From positions 1 through 64,000 of IMG/VR virus record IMGVR_UViG_3300031867_000008: 64,000 nucleotides of DNA, one strand, 5' to 3'. The notes below the pieces were generated by a model, which was not told the origin of the DNA, did not search any database, and saw nothing but the letters and a program-made list of their open reading frames with translations. Every line of letters begins with the position of its first letter. The first letter of the stretch is position 1. Positions 17,024 through 27,102 of the stretch are shown piece after piece. The position numbers were made by a program, and so were the translations under genes. The DNA is from a virus. Lineage: Duplodnaviria > Caudoviricetes.

Positions 17024-18818
17024 AGAAGATAAAATTTACGACAGTGGTAAGTTTGATTGGTGTATAGACATAGATTATCCAATCGCTGTTACAAATAGAT
17101 GTGTTTTCTTTTATAACATGGCAAACAAGTATCGCAAAGTCCTTAACGATGCGGAATATTTTTCTCAGGATAATAACATCTGCATTGTGTTTTTATATGG
17201 AAGTTGTAACGATGACTCTATTGAAAGAGAATTATCCAAAAAACTTGACAGTCATATTATAGTGATACACTATGATTCTAAGTTGTTTGATGATGGTATA
17301 AAAGTTATTTCTGAATGGCAGGAAGTTCTCGAAAAAGAAAAGATGATCGGTGGACTGAATGATACAGAAACTGATATGTCAGACCAGCGCATAAAAGAAA
17401 TACAAAAGCATTTGAGTGTACAAAGCGATTCAGAAGATATAAAATCTTTTCAGTTAATGGAACTAAAACGCTTGGATAAACGTAAAGAATATAAGCACAC
17501 AATTGAATTATTAGAGGTAGCGCAAAAGAACGATGTGTATACTTGGTTAGATACTGTTACAGTCTCAGGTTCAGTTTATCGCACCAAAGGTGTCTTTGAT
17601 AATTTTATAAAAAACCTTACTGGAAGTGTGTTGAGTTTATTTGCTTATGGAATTGAAGCGGAGACAGATGAACCTTATGCCTATAAAAGCATTGCTGTAA
17701 AAAGAATTGTAACCTCTATTGAATCAGGAAATTTTTCAAGTGGAAAGCTGAATATTGATTTGAACAATCTTGATAGTAGCTCATACAGGTTTGTTCAAGC
17801 TGGAACGCAGTTTATAAAGGATAAGCTGAATAGTGACGGGTTCTTTGAGTGGCAGGAACTTATACAATATTTGTCTAAACCACCTTATGGATTTCAGTAT
17901 GATAATAATTATTATGCTTACTTGCTTGCGATGGTGATTTATCCATACAAAGGTTTTTATTATCTGAGACTTAATGGCTGTTTGGAATATACGTCTTTGA
18001 ACTTATTGTATCTTGTGAAAGAATATCGGACTGATCTCGGTAAAAATGAAGAACAAAAATTCAGGAATAAGATAATGATTTACAAACCCTCAAAGAGATA
18101 TTTCACAGTAATAAAGATGATAAATGATTTGTCAGAAAACAAAGAACCTTGTGAAACAATCATGGAAGCTGTATCTCGATTATTTTATAGATTGCAACAA
18201 GAGAAGAAAAACAAAGTAAGAACACTTCCCTTTTGTATGGCTAATCCTGAATATGATTTGATAGTGCGTAATCAGTTTGATTGGTATGAACACAATTCAT
18301 TAACCGATTATGGTTGGTTCAGACCCGAACAGGTCAATGATGTTTACTTTTCGCTGAAAGAGAATGAGCAAAATAATCAACGTTATATAAACGAGGGAGA
18401 CTCATTTATAAAAGAAAAACTGTTAAGTCAATATTCGGAAGAACAAGTGGATTGGTTGGTTAAGTATTGGAGCGAGAATATGCCTGAGACATCGGTTTGG
18501 TGCTACAATCGAAAATTGTGTAAAGGAGAGATTGAAAATTTCATGAATGCTTATGACAGTGGAAAGGTGTGCAGAGAATGTGGAAAGTTTATAGTGAATA
18601 AGGACAGGGATGATTATATAGTAAAGGCAAATGATGGTGCGGCAATCCAGCGATTAACTTTTAAAGAAATTGTAGGATTAAACCAAAAACTCATAGACAG
18701 GAACATGACAAAGTTCTATTGTCTGTCTTGTCTTGCTGAACTAATAGAATGTACTGAATCAGATTTGTATGAGAAAGTACAAGAGTTTAAAGAAGAAGGC
18801 TGCGAGTTGTTTGGTTAA
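17016..18818 (+). CDS. 600-aa hypothetical protein with C-terminal zinc finger
   Basis: CRECG...FYCLSCLAE...FKEEGCELF; internal LSKPPYG motif. Confidence 0.75.
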   Translation: MNKEDKIYDSGKFDWCIDIDYPIAVTNRCVFFYNMANKYRKVLNDAEYFSQDNNICIVFLYGSCNDDSIERELSKKLDSHIIVIHYDSKLFDDGIKVISEWQEVLEKEKMIGGLNDTETDMSDQRIKEIQKHLSVQSDSEDIKSFQLMELKRLDKRKEYKHTIELLEVAQKNDVYTWLDTVTVSGSVYRTKGVFDNFIKNLTGSVLSLFAYGIEAETDEPYAYKSIAVKRIVTSIESGNFSSGKLNIDLNNLDSSSYRFVQAGTQFIKDKLNSDGFFEWQELIQYLSKPPYGFQYDNNYYAYLLAMVIYPYKGFYYLRLNGCLEYTSLNLLYLVKEYRTDLGKNEEQKFRNKIMIYKPSKRYFTVIKMINDLSENKEPCETIMEAVSRLFYRLQQEKKNKVRTLPFCMANPEYDLIVRNQFDWYEHNSLTDYGWFRPEQVNDVYFSLKENEQNNQRYINEGDSFIKEKLLSQYSEEQVDWLVKYWSENMPETSVWCYNRKLCKGEIENFMNAYDSGKVCRECGKFIVNKDRDDYIVKANDGAAIQRLTFKEIVGLNQKLIDRNMTKFYCLSCLAELIECTESDLYEKVQEFKEEGCELFG

Positions 18819-18854
18819 GCGGTTGAAAAATTTTATACAAGGGAGATTTGATAA

Positions 18855-20501
18855 ATGGCAAAACAGCAGATGTATCAAAGGTACATTTTTAAAATCCATA
18901 GTAAGGATATAATTCGTCAGCATTTTGATTACAACCTTACCACCAATGAGGCACGAAGAAACAACGATTTGATTACGCTTGCTGACAGTCAGGTTTTAAG
19001 GTTTATTGATGAGATCAATTGCGTAGATAGACAAGACAATCAATTGACTTACAAGAATCTTACTAAAGAATTAAAGAACATCAGAAAAGGAACTAAGACT
19101 ACCGAATCTAAAAAGAAAATTAAAGAAATCTATTTAGAACTTGAATCTATTCAGTTAGTTGAAGATTATATTGATGTTATTATGGACAAGCCCGATGACA
19201 TATTCAAACTTCAAAATGGCTTTACGTTTAATGGAAAGAAATTTAGGCGATTGGTTGGAACTTCCAATGGTGTAAAGAAATCAGTAGTAGTTTATACCTC
19301 TTTATGGGATGAACTTGATGAGCGATTGAATTGTGGCAGAGATGTTACAAAAAAACTTGTCCCAGCAAAATTTGAATCTTACAAAGGACTTACTTGTAGT
19401 GCTTCAATTCCTCTTTCCGAACCTAATGGTGTTATAGTAGTTCCTGATTTAGAATTAGAGTTTATGTCCCATGTTATTGAATTAAAGGATTCGGAAGATG
19501 GATTAGAACCTATCATGACTGAAAAAGATATGAAAGTTGGGCTGAATGCCAACGATGGTTATGGGTTAATGAGTCCAAAACTTGCACAGCAATGGAGTAA
19601 TGATCTGAACTTAGACTATCTTATGTCGGGCTGCTGTATCAGAAATGCTTTTGTGAAGGGAATGTCTTTTACATTTGATTTTCATAAGTTTGCCAAAGAT
19701 GTGGCTCATAATGACATAGTGGTTGATGTATGGGGGCAGCAACACAATATAAACGACATAAACTTAATTCTGACAGCTTCAATGTTTAAGTTGTGGGATT
19801 CTTATGGGAGCTATAATGATTATAGCGAAAAATATCATAAGTATCATTACACTTATGCCACAACCAAAGCTACACCAAAAGAACTGGACAATGAGAGAGC
19901 GTTGAACTATCAGTTTATTCAGAGCTATCAATTGACCGATGATGAAATTCATGAATTGATAAGTCCTACGATAAATGAAATAAAATCTGTATTACATACT
20001 GATGTGACTAAATCAATTCTGTTCCTGCGTGGAGAATCAGTAACTGAGGAAAACGTTTTAAGCGATTTACCAAACAATTATGTTAAAGCATTGATGATTG
20101 ATGATAGAATGATAAACGATCCTTATGTTATAGATAATATAAACGCTGCTATAAAGAAAAAGATAAATGATGCTAAGATAGGTGTAATAAGTGTCCATGG
20201 AAATTATCAGGTTCTTAGCGGAGATCCTTACGCGTTATGCGAACACATTTTTGGCATGATAAATGACACTTCTGAATGTGGACTATTAAAAGCTGGACAA
20301 GCCTACTCAAAATATTGGGTCAATGAAAGTGTGGATAAAGTAGTTTGCTTTCGTGCGCCTATGAGCTGCCATAACAATATTCGAGCTATGGAAATAGTAA
20401 ATAATAATGAAGTTGATGAGTGGTATAAATACATGAGAGAGGTATTTATTATAAATGCTCATGATACATTCACTCATGCACTTAACGGAGCTGACATGGA
20501 T
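18855..20501 (+). CDS. yonO: YonO-like single-subunit RNA polymerase, exon 1 (549 aa)
   Basis: PAKFESYKGL, NDGYGLMSP, CIRNAFVKGM, CFRAPM motifs; ends LNGADMD at intron. Confidence 0.85.
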
Positions 20502-21516
20502 TAACAACATAGTTCATGCAAAACTTGGTGAACCTGTACTTGCAGGGTGTCTTGTGATAACAAGGCTAACGGTGGAAATCTAAAGAGATTAAATATTTAT
20601 ATCCTTTCAATGTATTTAGAAAGGATTGACATAATGGTAGAAGAAATTTGGAAAGATATAAAAGGATATGAGGGATATTATCAGATAAGCAATTTGGGAA
20701 ATGTTAAAAGTCTTGAAAGAACTGTTTATCATTCAGATGGTCGAGTTCAAGTTAGGAAAGAAAGAATAATGAGTAAGCGTGAGAGTACCGATGGTTACTA
20801 TATTGCTAAATTAAATGTTGATAAACAATCAAAATCAATAGCTATACATCGGTTAGTAGCAGAAGCCTTTATTCCAAATCCTAACAATTTTCCAGAAGTA
20901 AATCATATTGATACAAACAGAAAAAATAACAAGGTTGAAAATTTAGAATGGTGTACTCGTATTGATAATATAATGCACAGTGTAAAACTTGGACATTATA
21001 AAGGCAAATCTGGTGAAAACAATCCTAATTACGGCAATCATGCTTTATCTGAAAAATATAAGAATAATCCTGAACTATCTATGTTGAAAAATTCTCGTAA
21101 AGGAAGTCAAAATGGAAAGGCTGTTCCGATAAAAGTTATTGGTGATAATTTTGAAAAACAGTTTACCTATATTAGAGAAGCAGCTCAATATTTAATTGAT
21201 AATAAAATGGTTCGTGCTAAAACAAAAGATGTAGTTGCAAATAATATTGCAAAATGTCTAAAAGAAAATACTACATATTGTAATTTAAGTTTTAGTAGGA
21301 TATAAATAATTTTAATCTCCATGATAATACCGTGCTAAACTTGACTGGTGACAGTCTTGGAAGTGTAACGACTAAAACATACCAACTCTTTGAGTTGATG
21401 AAGTTTGTACATTTACGGTGAAAACCCGTAGGTGGAAGTGCCAAGCCCTTGTAAAATACAAGGTGAAGAGATAGTCTATTCCCCTAAAAAATATCGGGAA
21501 ACCGAGGGTATCAAAG
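20502..21516 (+). mobile_element. group I intron with HNH homing endonuclease
   Basis: P1 CATGGAT/GTTCATG with U-G at 5' splice site; P4 ACGGTG/TACCGT; R GTAACGACTA, S AAGAGATAGTCT; terminal G at 21516; splicing restores DMD-GD. Confidence 0.93.
20634..21305 (+). CDS. NUMOD4-HNH homing endonuclease
   Basis: EEIWKDIKGYEGYYQISNLGNVKS (NUMOD4); HRLVAEAFIPNP...VNHID...NN...NLEW (HNH). Confidence 0.93.
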   Translation: MVEEIWKDIKGYEGYYQISNLGNVKSLERTVYHSDGRVQVRKERIMSKRESTDGYYIAKLNVDKQSKSIAIHRLVAEAFIPNPNNFPEVNHIDTNRKNNKVENLEWCTRIDNIMHSVKLGHYKGKSGENNPNYGNHALSEKYKNNPELSMLKNSRKGSQNGKAVPIKVIGDNFEKQFTYIREAAQYLIDNKMVRAKTKDVVANNIAKCLKENTTYCNLSFSRI

Positions 21517-22587
21517 GGTGACATAATATTTTCAACAAACAATTCAATTTTGCTCGATAATCTTAGAGATGTTCCTGCAATAGTTTGTGTTCAAAAGAAA
21601 GCTGAGAAGAAAGTCATAGACGATGAATCGCTTGCTGTATCTAATACTAATGGTTTTGGCAATGATATAGGAGCTATCACTAACAGGGTTACAGCTATGT
21701 ATGATTTGCAGGCTATTTTTGATAAAGATAGTAAAGAATACAAAACGCTTGATTATAGAATTAAATGTGGACAGCTTCTTCAACAAAATTGCATTGATAA
21801 AATCAAAGGAATTATTTCTAATCCAATGCCGAAGTATTGGTATCAGCAAAATAAAGACCTTTCTGAATTTAATAAAAGAATATGTGTAAACAAGAAACCT
21901 TATTTTATGATTTATATTTATCCCGAACAGATGACAAGATACAGAGCGTTTGTTAAGTGGACGAATATATGTGGGGTTTTCGATTATAAAAAGACTATTG
22001 AAGAATTGCAAAATAAATCATCGTTGACTAATGCAGAAAAAACATTTTTGGAAAAGCATTATAAATACTTTCCTGTTCTCGATAATTCAAGCACCATGAA
22101 TAGGCTTTGCCACATGGTCGAAGATGAATTTGATGGTTACACTTGTCATTTAAAGAAGAATGGAAATTTTGATTATACAATTCTTAAATCTGATGTTGAG
22201 TATAGTAGGCGGGATTATAATGCAATAAAGAGGTTATGGTTACAATGTCAACAAGAGTTAAGAAGTATAAAAATAGAATCAAATAATGCCGCTGGGCGAG
22301 AGGAATATCTAACAAAATGTGAATCTATTTATGATAGATATATTAAGACTTGTCGAGAAACTTGTATAAATGAGAAAGAACTTTGTAATATAATTCTTGA
22401 TCTTTGTTATAACTCTAATAAGTCTAAGCGTTTTGCATGGAATCTTTGTGGTGAAACAATCATAAGTAATTTGTTGTCAAGGAATGATAATCAAATAAGA
22501 TACTTGGAAAAAAGCGAAACTGGTGACGTTGAATATAAAGGACAAAGATTTGTTCAGAAAATGAAAAAGGTAGGTGTTGCAGATTGA
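21517..22587 (+). CDS. yonO: YonO-like RNA polymerase, exon 2 (356 aa; spliced product 905 aa)
   Basis: Begins GDIIFSTNNSILL; IGAITN, QQNCIDKIKG, KKPYFMIYIYP motifs. Confidence 0.85.
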   Translation, partial: GDIIFSTNNSILLDNLRDVPAIVCVQKKAEKKVIDDESLAVSNTNGFGNDIGAITNRVTAMYDLQAIFDKDSKEYKTLDYRIKCGQLLQQNCIDKIKGIISNPMPKYWYQQNKDLSEFNKRICVNKKPYFMIYIYPEQMTRYRAFVKWTNICGVFDYKKTIEELQNKSSLTNAEKTFLEKHYKYFPVLDNSSTMNRLCHMVEDEFDGYTCHLKKNGNFDYTILKSDVEYSRRDYNAIKRLWLQCQQELRSIKIESNNAAGREEYLTKCESIYDRYIKTCRETCINEKELCNIILDLCYNSNKSKRFAWNLCGETIISNLLSRNDNQIRYLEKSETGDVEYKGQRFVQKMKKVGVAD

Positions 22588-23459
22588 TTATTATGAAAGA
22601 ATCGGAAGCTGTACAAGAAATAATAAATAGGAAAAGCGTAAGTGAAAACACTTACGCAGACCTTATACTATTGATTAAATATTTTTATTCACAGGCAAAA
22701 AAAAATAATAAGAGATTGAAAATGAAGGAGGTGATTTCAGAGTTACAAGAATATTTAAAACCTCAATATGACAATTATCAATCTGTTGACTGGTATAATC
22801 GTTTAGAAAAACTAATAAAGAAATACAAGAACACTCCGTTGTACGATGTTGATAGCGTACCTATTACAGACAGTGAACTTACTACTATAAAGAGTATTAA
22901 AAACAAAAAGTTGGAAAAGATCGCTTTTGTGTCACTGGTTCTTGCTAAATATTACAACTTAAAGAATGAGAAAAATAATGGGTATGTAAATGTTGAGTAT
23001 AGTATTATTTTTGGTTTGGCGAGAGTTGCGGCTACAATTATGTATGAACAACCATTACTTCTTCATGAACTTAAAGAAAAAAATTTAGTTCAGCGATCTA
23101 ACAGAATAGACAATCCAAATTTTAGAGTATTGTTTATTGACGATGATAGTCCCGTGGTTTTACATATTACTGATCTTAGAGAGTTAGGTTATCAGTATCT
23201 TAAATACAAGGGCGAAAAATTTATTGAGTGCGCTGAATGTGGAATATTACTTCGGAAGAAAAACAACGCCACTAAATACTGTCCTGCCTGCCGAGGTTAT
23301 CAGCCCATACAGTTCAAGACCCTGACCTGCGTTGACTGCGGTAAGGAGTTTGTGGTGAATAGTAAGTCTAACAAATCTTGTAGGTGTGAAGATTGTTATA
23401 AGGAATATCGAAAGAAATATTATAGAGAGAATAAGAGAAAACAGCGACAAGCAACTTGA
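22584..23459 (+). CDS. RNAP-linked protein with tandem C-terminal zinc ribbons
   Basis: Overlaps RNAP stop; CAECG, CPAC, CVDCG, CEDC. Confidence 0.75.
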   Translation: MIIMKESEAVQEIINRKSVSENTYADLILLIKYFYSQAKKNNKRLKMKEVISELQEYLKPQYDNYQSVDWYNRLEKLIKKYKNTPLYDVDSVPITDSELTTIKSIKNKKLEKIAFVSLVLAKYYNLKNEKNNGYVNVEYSIIFGLARVAATIMYEQPLLLHELKEKNLVQRSNRIDNPNFRVLFIDDDSPVVLHITDLRELGYQYLKYKGEKFIECAECGILLRKKNNATKYCPACRGYQPIQFKTLTCVDCGKEFVVNSKSNKSCRCEDCYKEYRKKYYRENKRKQRQAT

Positions 23460-23672
23460 TTGTCCACAGTACAATTTAAAATCAAAATTTTAAAAACACC
23501 TCTCAAACGCCGATAAATCAAGGGTTTTTGAGGGGTGTAAAATTTTTTTCGATTTTCCCTTTAGTGGATAAGATATAATATCTCAATTATATCATATCAT
23601 ATTTACAAGTATGTTGCAATAGTTAGTTGCTATTGTTAAAAATAAATTTACAAACGAAAGGGTTGTTGAATT

Positions 23673-23852
23673 TTGATTCGCATTTCAAAAGAAGAAGCTA
23701 CGCAGCTCAGAAAGATGTTTAAGGACAAGTGCTATATTTACAGATTGAATAGACAGCGTTCTAAGAAACATCATTATTTAGTGAGCGAAGAACCTCATGT
23801 AATCAAGGCTCTTGAAAATATTCGGGGAGAAAAGGTTTATACTGAATGTTAA
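23673..23852 (+). CDS. small basic hypothetical protein (59 aa)
   Basis: Hand translation MIRISKEEATQLRKMF...; GAAAGG RBS. Confidence 0.55.
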   Translation: MIRISKEEATQLRKMFKDKCYIYRLNRQRSKKHHYLVSEEPHVIKALENIRGEKVYTEC

Positions 23853-23963
23853 GGGTAGACTACTAAAATTCTGTAAAATTACAGACGAATATCCTGCAAT
23901 AAATTTGCAGGGGCTTGTTGTATAGCGAGCTAACTTTATTATTGAAAAGGAATTTAAAAATTT

Positions 23964-24629
23964 ATGCACAAAACAAATAAGAATTTTGTAAGGAACGACA
24001 CCGATCTCGATGGAGCAATTAAAGTTTTGGACATTGTGATTCCCCCCGAAGCTGATGTTAAGCTGCCTGACCCATCGTTGCTTTCTTATTACAATGATAG
24101 ACAGGATAGAATTATTTATATTGATTCTGAAATAGATGATTGTACATATGAGATTACTAAACAAATTTATGAGTATAATCGTCAAGATAAAGACATTCCC
24201 ATTGAAAACAGAAAGCCCATTAAGATTTATATAAACAGTTTTGGTGGAGACTTATATCAATGTTTTGCTCTCATATCTGCTATTGGCGCAAGTAAAACGC
24301 CAGTGTACACCATTAACACAGGTGTGGCGATGAGTGCAGGAATGATAATTTTGCTTTCAGGTCATAAGCGATTTGCTGTTAAGTATAGTATAGCAATGTG
24401 TCATTCTGGAAGTGGATCAGTTGGGGGCGACTTTGAGCAAACACAATCAGCTATGGAAAATTATAAAAAAATGGTTGATACTATGAAAAGCTACATTCTC
24501 GAAAGAACTAAGATTGATTCTAAAACGCTTTCTCGCAAGTGGACTAAAGATTGGTATTTTTCAAGTTCAGAACAATTGGAATACAATATCGTCCAAGAGA
24601 TTGCAAATTCTCTTGATGACATAATCTAA
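23964..24629 (+). CDS. clpP: ClpP-like protease subunit
   Basis: PIKIYINSFGG, GVAMSAG (Ser), AMCH (His), DWYF (Asp). Confidence 0.88.
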   Translation: MHKTNKNFVRNDTDLDGAIKVLDIVIPPEADVKLPDPSLLSYYNDRQDRIIYIDSEIDDCTYEITKQIYEYNRQDKDIPIENRKPIKIYINSFGGDLYQCFALISAIGASKTPVYTINTGVAMSAGMIILLSGHKRFAVKYSIAMCHSGSGSVGGDFEQTQSAMENYKKMVDTMKSYILERTKIDSKTLSRKWTKDWYFSSSEQLEYNIVQEIANSLDDII

Positions 24630-24658
24630 ATAGGTGACTAATAAGGTGGTATTCTAAT

Positions 24659-25384
24659 ATGGCTAAAAAACAAAGAACAGTCAGTGATATGGCAAGCTAT
24701 TGTAGCGAAGTACCTGACACTTTAGAGAATCATTCTTTTTATGGTCTGAATCTTGATGAAGAACAGAAAGCGTTTAGGGATGCTATCTGGGACGAGAAAA
24801 AACTTATTGTGTTTTGTAATGCAAAAGCAGGATGTGGCAAATCAACGATTGCCACAGCTACCGCAAATCTATTGTGCCAATATGGAAGATATAATGGAAT
24901 TGTTTATATTGCCGCACCTGTTCAGGAACATACTCAGGGTCATATTCCGGGGACAATTGAAGAAAAAAGTTTTCCATATTTTTCCCCTTTCTTTCAGGCT
25001 CTTGATAAAATTGGAGTAAATTTAAATACATCAATGTATGATAATATCCTTAACGAAAAGAATGGAACTGCCTATATTGAATGTATGACACATACTTATC
25101 TTCGAGGTACTAATTTTGAAAATAAGGTAATTATAATTGACGAAGCTGAAAACTTTTATACAGATGAATTGAAAAAGGTTCTTACAAGAATACACGACAA
25201 CTGCAAGGTTATTGTGATCGGTCATGCTGGACAGTGTGATTTATATCACAACCCTGAAAGAAGTGGCTTTGTAAAATACTTGGAACATTTTGAATCTACA
25301 AATGATGACAGGGTAGCTATTTGTACATTGTCTAAAAATTATCGTGGTTGGATAAGTACATGGGCTGATGAATTAGAAAATTAA
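24659..25384 (+). CDS. phoH: PhoH-like ATPase
   Basis: AKAGCGKS Walker A, YLRG, IIIDEAEN, LTR, GHAGQCD. Confidence 0.9.
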   Translation: MAKKQRTVSDMASYCSEVPDTLENHSFYGLNLDEEQKAFRDAIWDEKKLIVFCNAKAGCGKSTIATATANLLCQYGRYNGIVYIAAPVQEHTQGHIPGTIEEKSFPYFSPFFQALDKIGVNLNTSMYDNILNEKNGTAYIECMTHTYLRGTNFENKVIIIDEAENFYTDELKKVLTRIHDNCKVIVIGHAGQCDLYHNPERSGFVKYLEHFESTNDDRVAICTLSKNYRGWISTWADELEN

Positions 25385-25409
25385 AATATAAATGAAATGA
25401 GGGTTTTAG

Positions 25410-25592
25410 ATGGCTAAAGCAAGTGTAACTACCAAGCAGAGTCTTACTGCAAAGGGTATACTTAATCTTGGTGACAACGATATTTTTTTAGAGATTGAAG
25501 ATGGTGAAGCTATCTCTTTGATTGATTTATTAAAGGATTTTGATGGCAAAGACGTAAGTATTTCTGTTGCTAATTCTAATGAAGTAATGTAA
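25410..25592 (+). CDS. YonK-like small protein
   Basis: KGIL...LLKDFDGKDVSISV pattern and SPbeta-like position. Confidence 0.65.
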   Translation: MAKASVTTKQSLTAKGILNLGDNDIFLEIEDGEAISLIDLLKDFDGKDVSISVANSNEVM

Positions 25593-25628
25593 TTCTAAAT
25601 AATTTTAAAAAGTTGGAGGAAATTGTAG

Positions 25629-26882
25629 ATGGATTTGACTGTTCATAAGGGCGAAACCGAAAGACAGTACATATGGCGAACATCACAGTATGTGAGAGAT
25701 GGTAAGATCACATGGAAAGGTCTTACCGATGAAATAAATAAAAATTGGAGAACTCCTAATGGTGAACCCCCTCGCGGTGAGTCAGCATACCGTAAAGGAA
25801 TCAATTCGGCTATTGCTTATTATGATGAAGTCTTTAGCAAGATGAATGGTAGCGATTTTTCAAATGATCTTGTTGAAAAGAAACGAGAACTTGAAAAAGA
25901 GCGTAAGAAATTACAGTCTGAAAAGATAGAGTATAATCGTTGGCTCAGAGAAAATGCAAGAGATGAACTTATTGTAGACAAGATTGTCGAAGCTGTTCGT
26001 AAACTTGAACCTCTTGAAACACCTGATACTAAGTTGATACTTACCTCAAATGAAAGTAAAGAGGGAGTTCTTGCATTTGGAGATTTGCATTATGGCGTTG
26101 AGTTTGAAATCAAAGGTTTGTTCGGTGAAACAATAAATGCTTATTCTCCTGAAATTTTTGAGAAGCGAATGTGGTATCTTTATAACAAGGTTTGTGAGAT
26201 AGTAGAGAAAGAACAGTTGTGTTCTATCTACATTGTTGACCTTGCGGATAATATTGATGGCATTCTAAGACTTACATCACAGCTTATGAAATTGCGTTAT
26301 GGTGTTATTGAATCGACCGTAAAGGTAGCTAACTTCCTTGCTGAATGGCTCAATAAATTAAGCAACATAGTACACATAAAGTTTTCTCTTGTTTTAGACG
26401 GAAATCACGATCAACTTAGATTATGTGGCGCACCTAAAAACGCTTTTAAAGATGAAAACATGAGTCTTATCATCAAGGAAATTATTAGAACAAGACTTGA
26501 AAACAATAGTAATGTTGAAATTTTGGATAATCCTACTGGTCACACATTTTTACAGATTTGTAATTACTATAACATTCTTGCTATTCATGGTGAAGTTAAA
26601 AATCTTGGAAAAGCAATAGATGATTTTGGTAGGTCTTATGGTGTACCTATTGATTATATTATTGCTGGACACAAGCATCATAAAGAAACTGTGGAAGTAG
26701 GCAGAGACATCGAAGCTATTTCTGTCGGTAGCGTTATTGGCATAGATTCATATGGGCTTTCGCTCAATAAGACTTCAAATTCAAGTGCTACATTCTTAGT
26801 GTTTCAGGAAGATTTAGGCAAAAGTGTTCAGTATGATATAAAATTGCCTGTGTGCAATGATGAAAGGAAAATGACAATATGA
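25629..26882 (+). CDS. calcineurin-like metallophosphoesterase (YonJ-like)
   Basis: GDLHYG, D-x-IDG, GNHD, HG, GHKH motifs. Confidence 0.85.
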   Translation: MDLTVHKGETERQYIWRTSQYVRDGKITWKGLTDEINKNWRTPNGEPPRGESAYRKGINSAIAYYDEVFSKMNGSDFSNDLVEKKRELEKERKKLQSEKIEYNRWLRENARDELIVDKIVEAVRKLEPLETPDTKLILTSNESKEGVLAFGDLHYGVEFEIKGLFGETINAYSPEIFEKRMWYLYNKVCEIVEKEQLCSIYIVDLADNIDGILRLTSQLMKLRYGVIESTVKVANFLAEWLNKLSNIVHIKFSLVLDGNHDQLRLCGAPKNAFKDENMSLIIKEIIRTRLENNSNVEILDNPTGHTFLQICNYYNILAIHGEVKNLGKAIDDFGRSYGVPIDYIIAGHKHHKETVEVGRDIEAISVGSVIGIDSYGLSLNKTSNSSATFLVFQEDLGKSVQYDIKLPVCNDERKMTI

Positions 26883-27058
26883 GTGAAAATCAAATTGGTA
26901 AATCTATATTTGCTCCCAATACCGCAAGGAGATTGCTTAAAATGGGAAATACGATTATAGATATTAAGCCTAACAAAGACAATCATGAAAAAACAATTTT
27001 TATTTTCAAGGACGATGAAAAACTGAGAAAGGATTTGTCTGCTATCAGTGGTAGATAA
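26879..27058 (+). CDS. small hypothetical protein (59 aa)
   Basis: MSENQIGKSIFAPNTARRLLKMGNTIIDIKPNK...TIFIF; ATGA overlap. Confidence 0.65.
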   Translation: MSENQIGKSIFAPNTARRLLKMGNTIIDIKPNKDNHEKTIFIFKDDEKLRKDLSAISGR

Positions 27059-27102
27059 GGTTTATAAAATTCAAAATAATGTAGAAAGGTCTGGTGTTTT
27101 TT

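Noticed and set aside
20502-20504. Stop-codon reassignment or readthrough at the RNAP (TAA) and tape-measure (TAG 47648) breaks
   Set aside because: Both stops are the first bases of introns; all three stop codons terminate ordinary genes elsewhere
20547-20633. N-terminal extension of the HNH ORF in the track
   Set aside because: Overlaps intron core helices; RBS and NUMOD4 start support ATG 20634
21550-22587. Independent gene starting at TTG 21550 (likewise 49830 and 52171)
   Set aside because: No good RBS; better explained as exons that join upstream frames exactly at intron boundaries
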